This document shows, one piece after another, positions 14,648 to 27,549 of a DNA stretch of 64,000 bases. The position numbers were made by a program, and so were the translations under genes. The stretch lies in NCBI RefSeq assembly GCF_001194135.2, contig NC_068981.1, positions 147,205,182 through 147,269,181 of the forward strand. Reading direction: 5' to 3'. This stretch comes from Octopus bimaculoides. Taxonomy: Eukaryota. Positions within the stretch are counted from its first letter, which is position 1. Every line of letters begins with the position of its first letter. The notes under the pieces are model-generated. The model was not told the DNA's origin. It did no database searches and saw only the letters and a program-made list of their open reading frames with translations.

Positions 14648-14841
14648 AAGTCATCCAAGCCAAAGCCAAATTTCTTCCTATGTTTCAAAAGAAGGAGAAA
14701 CAACATGTAGAAGTAACTACCGACAATTCTTCATCTGCCGAAACTGATTATGAAGACATTGATGGAAGTCAGAACTGCTTAACATCTAACAAAAGAAAAA
14801 AAAAGATGTCAAAAACATTCCATAAGAAATTTAATATTTAG
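14648..14841 (+). CDS. Terminal coding exon of unidentified gene (cytoplasmic tail)
   Basis: Pyrimidine-rich acceptor ending CCCTGACAG; phase 1 fits the upstream donor; open for 63 codons (K)VIQAKAKFLPMFQKKEKQHVEVTTDNSSSAETDYEDIDGSQNCLTSNKRKKKMSKTFHKKFNI*. Confidence 0.78.
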
Positions 14842-14883
14842 TGTTAAACGAACTAAAAGTAATAGAATATTTTCCGTATATTT

Positions 14884-14889
14884 AATAAA
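14884..14889 (+). terminator. Possible polyadenylation signal of the membrane-protein gene
   Basis: AATAAA 43 nt after the TAG. Confidence 0.3.
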
Positions 14890-17224
14890 ACTACATCTAC
14901 AAGACCATCATACTGTTTATTAGAACTATGTAAGCAAATATCTTCCAGTTTTTACTTATTAGTTATGTGTACTTTGGTATCTAGACACTGAATTATATTT
15001 GAAATGAAGAACATACTCCATTAAATGAGGTACCAAAATTACTGTCGAGAAATTTGTAGAAATATACTTGTGAATAATAAATATATATTTTCAATGTAAA
15101 TTAAATTAAAACTTACCTTTTTTAAGAATAAAAAACATGAAGATGTTACTTTACTATGAAAAAGGTAAAGTGTTAAAACTGTAAAATATTCTTTTGTATA
15201 AATATATTACAATTAAATTTGTAAATATTTTCTGTTATTTTTAAAGTAATTCTGTCATACACACACACACGTATATATAAATAAATATATATACATATAT
15301 ATGTGTGTGTGTGTGTAATAATATGAGAGGTTTTGGTATCCAGAAGACCCAAAAGGCAAGTAATGCTATGTAAGTATTACAGAAAGAAAAAAAGAACAAC
15401 GTAAAAAACTTACTGCATAAACATTGATTTTCTTTGTCAGTAGTTTTGAAAAAAAAAAACATTAACAACACTGAATATTCCATTCAAAATGTTTTCCCTG
15501 GAATGCTTGAATAATCATATTTACAATTCAACAACTAAGAACATTTTTTTTGTAGAATTTTATTTCCACTGTTACAAATTTTCAAAATAACTTCTGTATT
15601 ATATATACTTATATATTTTTATATATAATTATTGACAGCTTCTTGGCAATAATGATTGTACAATCAAAAGCTTTTAGACTATACAAAATCTGAATTTATT
15701 GTAAAACTAGAGGGTGGGATGGTAGTTCCAGATCGGAGAAAAAAATAAATAGCAAATTTATTATTTCACTCTATTTTTCACACACTTGAAAAATATTTTC
15801 ATGTTTGATATTTTAAAAAAACAATCTTATCACAAATTTTTCTGATCAATTTATATAACTCTTAACCCATGAAATGTGAAGTAAAGAACAAATTAATTGA
15901 GCAAAGGCAGATTTAAAAATACCACACCTATTCACCATATTTTTTTTATCTACAGAACACAATAAACTTTCGAAGGTAAAATTAAGAAACAGAAGATTTT
16001 TTTATCTCAAGTATGTTCTCAAACATTTCGCAATTACAAAGAAACCAATAAATTACACTTGGCAATAAAAATAATAGCTTTTGACAGATATTTAATGCTA
16101 GTTACAAAAAGGAAAATTGGTTTGTGACAAATGTACTTCTAATGTCTTATATATTACTTATTTTTTTGCAATAATATATTCATATTTGAAGCAGCTGAAT
16201 TAAAATATCAGTATTGTTTGAAAATATTTGAGAACTTCACTAACGTTAAAATATATTTCACTAAAAAAAAATGTCTAAACAAATATCAGTTGACTTTTTT
16301 TTACTTTGAAATTAGAGATTGATAAAATTAGATTCACAGTGTCTGTTGTTATAACCAACATAGTATAACCTTGTATACTATATTTGTATATATTAAATGT
16401 GTCTGTATTAGTTTTAACTGCAGACATTAAGTAGATTATAGAAGATAATAAAAAAAGAAGAAAGGAGTGCCACGAAGGGCTTGAACCAGATTTTCTTGTT
16501 AACGTAACGGTAAATAGGATCACATGTTCAGATTTAAAATAAACAAATTACAAAATTTTAAATAATTCATTAAAGCATTGTTATTAAAGAGTAATCTCCC
16601 TTGCAACAAGAGGGGAAATATTACACCTGTCAAGTATTAAAATAAATTTGAATGACTTTTCAACTCGTATTTTGAAAACGATAAACATTTTATTAAACTA
16701 TTATTCATTAGGCAAGATGTTTTATGGAATGTGGCATATCAAAGTAACAGTAAAGGGAGGTAATAAGGAAATGGATCTACAGAAATTTTAATATATACAT
16801 ATTTCTCAATTAATCCAGTCAAAACATACCTCCACATAAAAATAATTATTAATGTAAAAGTTTCTAACTTCAACTGTTTACAATAATCTTTTCTTCTTTT
16901 GTCGTTTACTTGTTTCAGTCATTGAAACCTTCAAAGGTTTAGTCAAACAAATTGATACAAGAATTAATTTTTAAGTTTGGTGCTAATTCCATCAGTGTGC
17001 TGTTACAGGGATGTAAATAAACCAACACTGGTTGTCAAGCAGTGGTGGGGGAACGAATACAAACACACACACATATATGACATGCTTCCATGCAGTCTCT
17101 GTCTACTAAATCCACTCCCAATGCAATGGTTGGCCCAGAGATTTAGTAGAAGACATTTGCCCAAGGTGCAGTGAAGCAGGACTGAATCCAAAGGCAGGTC
17201 TTATCCGCACAGCCATGCCTGCAA

Positions 17225-17935
17225 CTATAATAATAATAATACTTTATTTAAGGAGTACATGAACTGCAATTTTGGTGAACTAGAACTTATTTCATCAATC
17301 CAAAAAAAGAACAGGTACTTATTCCATCAACTCCAAAACGATGAAAGATAATTAATTCCTCAGCGGAATTTGAACTCAGTCTGTAAGAACGGACAAAATG
17401 CTGCTGAGCATTTCACCCAGCATGCTAACAATTCTGCCAGCTTTCCACCTTACTACTAATAATAATAATAATCCTTTCTACTATAGGCACAAGGCCTGAA
17501 AATTTGGGGGAGGGGGCTGGTCAATTACATTGACCTCAGTACTCAACTGGTACTTATTTTATCAACCCTGAAAGAATGAAAGGTAAAGTTGACCACAGCG
17601 GAGTTTGAACTCCTAACAAAATACTACTAAGCATTTCGTCCAACGTGCTAACAATTCTGCCAGCTTGCCATCTTACTACTACTACTACTAATAATAATAA
17701 TAATAATAATCCTTTCTACTGAGAGGCACAAGGCCTCAAATTTGGGGGTAGGGGAGTAGATGATTACATCAACCCCAATGTTTCACTGGTACTTAATAAT
17801 ATCGACCCCGAAAGGATGAAAGGCAGAGTCGACCATGGCGGAATTTGAACTCAGAACATAGTGATGGGCGAAATACCACTAAACATTTCGTCCAGCAGGC
17901 TAACGATTCTGCCAACTCACCACCTTACTAATAGT
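17225..17935 (-). mobile_element. Head-to-tail trimer of SINE family B
   Basis: Three ~230-nt units separated by (AAT)n/(ACT)n tails. Confidence 0.8.
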
Positions 17936-19870
17936 AATAATAATAACAATATATCATGCCATATATTGAAACATATTTAGAACATTGATTGTTCTCAGTT
18001 TTGTGGAGCCCAAAATATTTTTGCTGGACTGGAAAGATTGTAATTATTAGAATCAAAAATTTAAGTTTGTTGACAGTTAATTACTATTGGAAAAAAATAT
18101 TCAACAAACAGAACACAAAATTCAAAAATTGTTGCAATGGCTGTCACACAGATTTCGGTGGGAAAACTATAGTGAATATACTAAAGAGAGAGAAAAAAAT
18201 CAGAAATAACTGACTTCTTGCAGATGAAGTATAGTTGGAGACACCAACTCTAGTACTACACTGGAACTTTTTATCAACCTCAGTAAAACGAAAAAACAAA
18301 GCTGATCACAGAAATACCTAACTCAAAACATGTGGCTTCTCAACCTTCTAGATACAGTAGCTAACTTACCCTTAATTCACAGCTTACCATCTCAAAGAAA
18401 CAAAATAGAAACGTGAGAGAGACAGAGAGACAGATAGACAGAGAATCAGCAGTAAACAGAGAACAATGTAGTTCTGAGAGAATAAACAAAATGGTCAAGT
18501 ATGGAACTCCTTTGATGTTATATTCACTCAATCAATTATTTAATCCCTTTGCATTCAGATTATTGTCAAGTGTAATGCATATTCATTCACATTCTTTTGA
18601 ATTAACCTTGCAATATCTTGTAACTTCAAGATTTTGATGAAGTGATTTTTTAATTTTTAGAATGACATTTTGAAATGACATTCTGAGAGGACAGATATGG
18701 CTGGTTTTGAACATAAAAAAGAAAGAATATTTGGACCAGATATGGTTCGGCTGAAATACTAAAAAGTTAAACCTAGATTTAAACAAATTCAACTCAATAA
18801 AAAGAGAACAAATGTAAAAAAATCTTTGCAATTTCAAAAGCAAAACAATGCAGTTCTCAACAGATGTTTACAAATAAATTGGCTTCAATTTTCATACACA
18901 CAAAGAAAAACAAAAGCCATAAACACTAATACTGGCAAAATAGTCATAATGTGTATATATATATATATAATATATATATATATAAACATATATCATCATC
19001 ATCATCATCGTTTAACGCCCAACCCATGCTAGCATGGAAGGCGGACGTTAAACGATGATGATGATATGTTTATATATATATATGTGAATATATATATATA
19101 TATCAATATTAATAAGTCTCCCTAAAGGAGACTACGGCAGCAGTACTGGGTATTAATAGTTATCGCCAAGCCAACATGGCAGTCCCAAAAATAGGATAAA
19201 TGCTGCTGTTGATTAGCTCCAAGAGGCCATCGCCTCTAGCTAGCTATGTGACACACAAACCTGTGACCATTATAACCATATATATATATATATATATATA
19301 TATGATAGAGACATGATAATGTTGAATAGATTGCTTTGCAGAAATCATTCCAACTCCAACACCTTGAATACCACAACGATCAACTTTGCCTTTCATTGTT
19401 TCAAGTACTGGGATAAATTCTTTCCTTTCTTCAACACCTATCTGTGTTTTTGTTTCCCCTCTTCTGTAAAAAATCAGCTATGATGGAGAGGGATAGGTTC
19501 AGTCACATCTTAAAAATGCCCAAAACACTGTGTCACAACATCATTCCTATGACACCATTCAGGAGTTTGAGTGAGCCTGTGTTGAGCATGTGTGTGTGTG
19601 TTGTGTGTGTGTATATATATATATACATATATATTTACACACACACATATATATATACAAACATGCATATATATATGTACATATATACACACATGCATAC
19701 ACACACATAAATATATATACATACATACATACACATACATTATATATACATATAATATATATATGTGTATATATATGTATATATATATATGATTATATAT
19801 ATATATGTATATTAATATATATATATATATATATAAATATACATATATATATAGTCATATATATATATAT

Positions 19871-19901
<31 letters not shown>

Positions 19902-20049
19902 GGTTTCTTTTTTACAAACAAAAAATAAACTCAAAATATAAGTACATGAATGTATTAATAATTGTCAGAATTTACAAGGGCCTATACCAAAACACAAAAC
20001 TCAGCCCTTGAGGAGACATTCTGAAACTTCAAAAAATTATTAATAAAAA

Positions 20050-20504
20050 ACATGCATATATATATATATATATAAAGAGATAGATACAAACATACATACA
20101 CACACGCATACATATAGACACAAAATATATATATAAACATACATATATGTACATACGTACATATATGTACACACACACATATATATATATACATACATGT
20201 TTACATATATATAAACATATATATATATACATATATATACATACATGTTAACATATATATAAACATATATATATATATATACATATATATACATACATAT
20301 GTTTACATATATATAAACATATATATATATATATATATATATACATACATATATATGCATATATAAATATATATATGCATACATATATATATACATACAT
20401 ATATACATATATATATACATACATATGTAGACATATATATATATATATACATACATATATATATATATATATACATACACATACATATATATATATATAT
20501 ACAC

Positions 20505-20537
<33 letters not shown>

Positions 20538-20562
20538 CACACATACATACATATATATATAT

Positions 20563-20593
<31 letters not shown>

Positions 20594-20594
20594 C

Positions 20595-20643
<49 letters not shown>

Positions 20644-20745
20644 AGAATTTTCAGTATGTTGGAGAAGCAACTCAATTGCTAATCCCTGTATATTTATAAT
20701 GATTATATATATATATATATACATACATACATATATAGACATATA
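20050..20745. repeat. Compound (TA)/(TACA) microsatellite; similar tracts at 1-100, 2500-2800, 3150-3400, 11020-11250, 19590-19900, 21380-21710, 33570-33860, 35350-35800 and 37560-37755
   Basis: Directly visible dinucleotide and tetranucleotide periodicity; explains the YIYI/CVCV ORFs. Confidence 0.98.
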
Positions 20746-20753
20746 TATATATA

Positions 20754-21262
20754 TGGCTGGATGGATGCTGAGAACATTCAGAACCAGAGATATGGAAACT
20801 ATGATGGTCCTACAGAGGACATTCGTCCTCAGCTGCCTGGATTACTGCTCCCAGTTATGGTCACCCAACAGTGTAAAATTAGTAGTCGACTTTGAAGCAA
20901 TCCAGCGAAGATTCACAAAGAAGATCATCTCTTTGCAACTGCTCAGCTACTGGGAAAGGCTGAAACAGCTAAGACTCTACTCCCTGGAGCGAAGGCAGGA
21001 GAGATATGCAGTAATATACATCTGGAAGATCCTCGAAGGAATTGTGCCAAATTTTGGCATTGAAAGCTACACCAGTACTAGAATCGGTTGACACTGCATA
21101 GTGCCAAAGATCCCAGCAATGCCATCGCTCTTCAGGACCAGTTACTGCAACAACCTAGGTTTCAGGGGCCCACAGCTTTTAATATTCTCGCAAAGAGACT
21201 GAGGAACCTGCACAAAGTAGATGTAGGCAGTTTTAAATTAAGGCTGGACCTCTTCCATCAAA
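20754..21262 (+). mobile_element. CR1/L2-group LINE, 3' RT-thumb fragment
   Basis: [11 protein letters not shown]...[10 protein letters not shown]...[11 protein letters not shown]...[30 protein letters not shown]; embedded between (TA)-rich microsatellites. Confidence 0.85.
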
Positions 21263-21382
21263 CTCCATTCTTCACCAAGTGCAACATATTGGAGGAGGCT
21301 CTCAGTAATAACAGTGTAGCAAAACAGCGGTGTATCAGCATGGCTGCAGCTCTGAGCTGAAACTATAATAAAAAAAAATATG

Positions 21383-21446
<64 letters not shown>

Positions 21447-21656
21447 AATATATACATACATACATATACAAATACATATATATACATATATACATACATA
21501 TATACACAAATAAATATATATATACATTTATATACATATATATATATATAAATATATATATATACATATATATACATATACATACATATATATATATATA
21601 TACATACATACATATATATGCATACATACATATATATGCATACATACATATATATG

Positions 21657-21702
<46 letters not shown>

Positions 21703-21959
21703 CATATATCACAAATGCAACATAATAGCATCGTTGGTTACACATTTCCAATGTATCAATATTTCACTTTGCTGCATTTCTGTCATAAAGACTGACAAGG
21801 AAACATCTGTAACTTGATACAGAACAAATATCTCAAGGGCCTGTATTTGCAAAGCACCAATTTTAACAGTTTTCTCACAAGAGAATGCATCCCTGACAAA
21901 TGCCAAAGATTATGCCTAAGTATTTAGTCTGGTCAGTGTCTGTTCTAACGCAGTAACTA

Positions 21960-22184
21960 TTGGGTTGGTGCATAATTACTGCGGCTTTTTTCAACAAATT
22001 TTATTCAACAAAAACATCTTTAAATGACGGTCTGACCGTCTGCCAAGCAAATGGGAAGCAGTAATTTAAGTAGATGGTGAATATGCTCTGGAATAATCAT
22101 TTAAAGATGTTTTTGTTACATGTTGATATTGTTTTTGTTGAAAATTTGTTGAAAAAGAGCTGCAATAATTATGCACCAACCCAA
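21960..22184. mobile_element. 225-bp mariner-derived MITE
   Basis: TIRs TTGGGTTGGTGCATAATTACTGCGGCTTTTT and (rc) TTGGGTTGGTGCATAATTATTGCAGCTCTTT; TA on the left flank. Confidence 0.8.
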
Positions 22185-23375
22185 AAGGATATGTGTAGTG
22201 ATTTTCAAAGAAAGATATTGTTGGGGGATATATCACTGTCATTAAAAAATCTGCCTTGTTTTGGGTTCAGTCCCACAGTGTAGCATACTGGGTATCTTGT
22301 AGTATAGCTTCAGGGCAACAATGTCTGAATTAATTTGGTGAATAGAAACTGTATGAAGTCTGTCATATGTAATATGCATGTGTGCATGTATGCACATGTG
22401 TCTGTGAATATTTACATTCTGGGAGCTTTACAAGAAGAGCACTGAATAACAAGCAGCAAAGTCTGTTTTTTTTCCACTAGCATTGTACTTTCAGAAATGT
22501 AGAATAATGTCTTACTTGAAAAACAGTTAAAGAATAGGAAAAGGAAGTGCATTCAGCTGCAAAATAATACCCCAGTAATATGTATTTGTCTAACTAATTC
22601 TACCATGAGAAAACGGATGTAAAAAACCAATAAAGATATGTGTATGTGTGTGTGCATATATATTTCAAAAATAGGTTATAAATGTGTTTATATGTATGCA
22701 TATAAGCATGTGTTTGTGTGTATATATATTTATTTATACACATGTACATACATAGACATATATATTCACACACATATCATCATCATCGTTTTAACATCCA
22801 CTTTATTTGTTGAGATCTCCTACAGCCAGGTACCCTCTCCTGCTTCCAAGAAAGATATTTCCCCAGATATTTTACAGAGGACTGGTAATGAAGAACACTG
22901 CTTTTACAGTGAGTGGTCATTTACAAATAGTATGCAATGTCAGGGTATAAAGACACAAACACACACATACAACATGCTTCTTTCAGTTTCTGTTTACCAA
23001 ATCCATTCTCAAGACTTGGTTGACCATTTCCCTTCTTAATCATTAACAACAATATTCACAAACTTTCAATCCAAAGATTTAACATTCAATAGAGAAGTAA
23101 TTTGCAAAAAAAAAATATATATGTCAATATTTTTATAAATAAATTTATGGCTCAAAATAAACTTTATAGCGTTGATGTTCATTATTATATATATATATAT
23201 ATATATATNNNNNNNNNNNNNNNNNNNNNNNNNNNNNNNNNNNNNNNNNNNNNNNNNNNNNNNNNNNNNNNNNNNNNNNNNNNNNNNNNNNNNNNNNNNN
23301 NNNNNNNNNNNNNNNNNNNNNNNNNNNNNNNNNNNNNNNNNNNNNNNNNNNNNNNNNNNNNNNNNNNNNNNNNNN

Positions 23376-23407
<32 letters not shown>

Positions 23408-23436
23408 CAGATATTAAAAAATAGAATGTTCAGTTA

Positions 23437-24414
<978 letters not shown>

Positions 24415-24743
24415 CTAATAAACTGTCGTTAACAGTACTAATGGTGACAACGTGTAAGATATATAGACAAACTAACATGTATTATATCACAGCTACACAC
24501 CGGATATGTTCAGAGTTATCTACCTTGACTCATGTCGCGTTTCGGTGAAGATATGAAGTTATGTCCTGGTAGAATAAATACCATGCTGGTTCATGAAGTC
24601 ATGATTTCTTCCAAGGGCAGAAGTTTTTAAAGTTACCTCCTCCTACATTTTGAATACCTATCTAGTAACTTTTTCTCCGTTATATTTTTACAACGGTAAA
24701 TATGGAAATAGTATATAAAACTAAGTCTCTATTAATTGCAATC

Positions 24744-26046
24744 AAATAAAAAACTAATGGTGGACATTGAAATTAGACACTGAGGGAAAATGGCTGTAAC
24801 TTTTTTATTTTTCAATTTTGGCGATTTTCGTTTTCGATAATGTGTTCTACATGTCCAGGTCGTACGAATAGCCTTCTCGCAACTTAGATGTGAAAATGAA
24901 CGGCTTACATTTATATTGAAACAGAAAAAGGATCACATATGGAGTCCCCACCACGAAACTTGATATGCTAGAAATAACAGCTAAACGCGGACAATCCNNN
25001 NNNNNNNNNNNNNNNNNNNNNNNNNNNNNNNNNNNNNNNNNNNNNNNNNNNNNNNNNNNNNNNNNNNNNNNNNNNNNNNNNNNNNNNNNNNNNNNNNNNN
25101 NNNNNNNNNNNNNNNNNNNNNNNNNNNNNNNNNNNNNNNNNNNNNNNNNNNNNNNNNNNNNNNNNNNNNNNNNNNNNNNNNNNNNNNNNNNNNNNNNNNN
25201 NNNNNNNNNNNNNNNNNNNNNNNNNNNNNNNNNNNNNNNNNNNNNNNNNNNNNNNNNNNNNNNNNNNNNNNNNNNNNNNNNNNNNNNNNNNNNNNNNNNN
25301 NNNNNNNNNNNNNNNNNNNNNNNNNNNNNNNNNNNNNNNNNNNNNNNNNNNNNNNNNNNNNNNNNNNNNNNNNNNNNNNNNNNNNNNNNNNNNNNNNNNN
25401 NNNNNNNNNNNNNNNNNNNNNNNNNNNNNNNNNNNNNNNNNNNNNNNNNNNNNNNNNNNNNNNNNNNNNNNNNNNNNNNNNNNNNNNNNNNNNNNNNNNN
25501 NNNNNNNNNNNNNNNNNNNNNNNNNNNNNNNNNNNNNNNNNNNNNNNNNNNNNNNNNNNNNNNNNNNNNNNNNNNNNNNNNNNNNNNNNNNNNNNNNNNN
25601 NNNNNNNNNNNNNNNNNNNNNNNNNNNNNNNNNNNNNNNNNNNNNNNNNNNNNNNNAGATTTGGATTGTCCGCATTTAGCTGTTATTTCTAGCATATCAA
25701 GTTTCGTGGTGGGGACTCCACATGTGATCCTTTTTCTGTTTCAATATAAATGTAAGCCGTTCATTTTCACATCTAAGTTGCGAGAAGGCTATTCGTACGA
25801 CCTGGACATGTAGAACACAATGTCAAAAATGAAAATCGCCCCAAAAAAATTTTTTAATCACCCCCACTCCCCACCCCGTGTGTGGGGGGAGGGGGTCCAA
25901 AATTTTTTTGGGGTGGGGAATCACATGACCGTGACATATAGAACACATTATCGAAAACGAAAATCGCCAAAATTAAAAAGTAAAAATGTTACAGCCATTT
26001 TCCTTCAGTGTCTAATTCCAATGTCCACCAAACTAATTTTTTATTT
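24744..26046. mobile_element. Long inverted repeat (foldback or long-TIR DNA element) spanning an assembly gap
   Basis: 24744-24997 is the reverse complement of 25663-26046, apart from a ~120-nt extra block at about 25821-25940; N gap 24998-25656 lies in the middle. Confidence 0.6.
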
Positions 26047-26599
26047 CATTAGGTTGCGAAGTTTCCGCTCGGCTTAATGCCATTTTGTATTGCTACGTTT
26101 ATGTTTAGAAGTAAAATTTGGTCGCATAAGAAATCTTTCCTCAACTTTGACCCAATTATAATTGAAGTTGCTCATAAAATATCTGAATAATTTTTGGTGT
26201 TTAACAGTCAACATTCTTTTCTCTGTTGGATTCCAAGTCAATTTTATCCACACATAAGTCTAATTTGAAAATTTTCAAGTTTCAAAATTGATGTCTAAAA
26301 TGGGGTAAAATGAGTAATGACTAAGTTCAATAATTTCTTCTCTTTAAATATATCACAAAAAGAACACTCTAGCAGATCATGAAGAAGTTATAGAGAATAT
26401 TTTATGCTAAGCATTTTTTTTATCTAGTCGAGTTTAATTAATTTCGTATCATGTGCCATTTTTTTCTTACCCTCTTTCATTTGACCTACATGTTTAAAAT
26501 TTTCTTTTTGCATTTCTGATCTTTCTGATGTCAAGGGATGGATATGGATGTGTATGAATCTGTTTTGGGGAGAATTGAAGCAGCAAATTTACATTACCT

Positions 26600-27145
26600 T
26601 GTCTTTTATGTAAACACACATGGAGAATATAGCAAATATATTTCTCAGAAACAGTCCTCCCACTTGTAAGATATATATAGTAAAATAAAAATAAGATCAT
26701 AGACATTCTGGTATCAATTGATTTCGCTTTCTGTGTTGAACCAACACTTAAAGCTCATCAGCCAAACTTACTGCAAAAACTATTTCAAAAAACGTTGTTC
26801 AACTGAAGGCCCCCGCGACTTTCAAATGAACATTAGTCAGCAAGTATAAATTTCAAAATTCAAATAAGTTGCCAGTATCAATAAAAATAATGATAAAGTA
26901 GCCAGCAAACATTATTCAAATGAGCAAAATATATAACAATAAAAAGTCAGAATACAATAAGTACCTGCTTGCTTTAAAGAAGAGTTAAAACCCTCCAAAA
27001 CCACACATCTCATTATATGTAAACACGTATGGAGACTATAGCAAATATATTTCTCCAAAACAATCTTCCCACTTGTAAGCGACATATAGTAAAATACAAA
27101 TAAAACCATAGACATTCTGGTATCAATTGATTTTGCTATCAACTT
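26600..27145 (-). mobile_element. Tandem direct repeat with 409-nt periodicity bounded by hammerhead sites (retrozyme-like or Penelope pseudo-LTR)
   Basis: About 26610-26729 is repeated at about 27020-27139. Both copies begin with the hammerhead 3' half (GC-RAAA-TCAATTGATA-CCAGAATGTCTATG). Confidence 0.6.
26707..26766 (-). ncRNA. Minimal type I hammerhead ribozyme
   Basis: Minus strand TTTGG-CTGATGA-GCTTT(aagtgttggttcaacacag)AAAGC-GAAA-TCAATTGA-TA^CCAGA. All core nucleotides are present, with G10.1-C11.1, stems I, II and III, and an AUA cleavage triplet. Confidence 0.85.
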
Positions 27146-27549
27146 CCTAATCTCCATTTTATTTTCTTTATTTAACTTTTAAGGGAATTTCATTCCCCAA
27201 TAATACTAGGTATTAAACCGGTATTTCTTTGGATGTAACCATCTTTAACAAGGTTAACATATCCTCTAATTGAATTATATATATGCATATGTGTGTATGT
27301 GTTAATTATCTCCTTGCTCTGACCTCAAGTGATTGTTGTAAATGACTATCTCTGTCGTACAAGCAGTGTCCTTCATTCCCAATCTTCCATGAAAACATGA
27401 TTGGTCCTACAGAAATGTTACCTTAAAGGTGAGGGTTAGTAACAGGAAAGGCATCCAGCTTAGAAAATCCACCTCAATAAAATAATGAAATTCCATCTGA
27501 ACCATGCAAACATGGAATAGTGGACACTAAAATTATATATATATATATA

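Noticed and set aside
16430-16510. Short open stretch IIEDNKKRRKECHEGLEPDFLVNVT followed by GTAAAT
   Set aside because: Weak acceptor and no partner exon; lies downstream of the membrane-gene stop codon.
17225-17935. Regularly spaced repeats superficially like a CRISPR array
   Set aside because: Units are ~230-nt SINEs in eukaryotic DNA, with no short repeat-spacer structure and no cas genes.
19510-21817. Many long ORFs rich in YI/CV/HT dipeptides (also at 2424-3420, 10914-11329, 33367-33930 and 35250-35882)
   Set aside because: Translations of (TA)n, (CA)n and (TACA)n microsatellites or of N runs; no coding signal.
24847-25813. Two 282-aa mirror ORFs (MLEITAK...YDLDM)
   Set aside because: Produced by the inverted repeat arms read through a 659-N gap.
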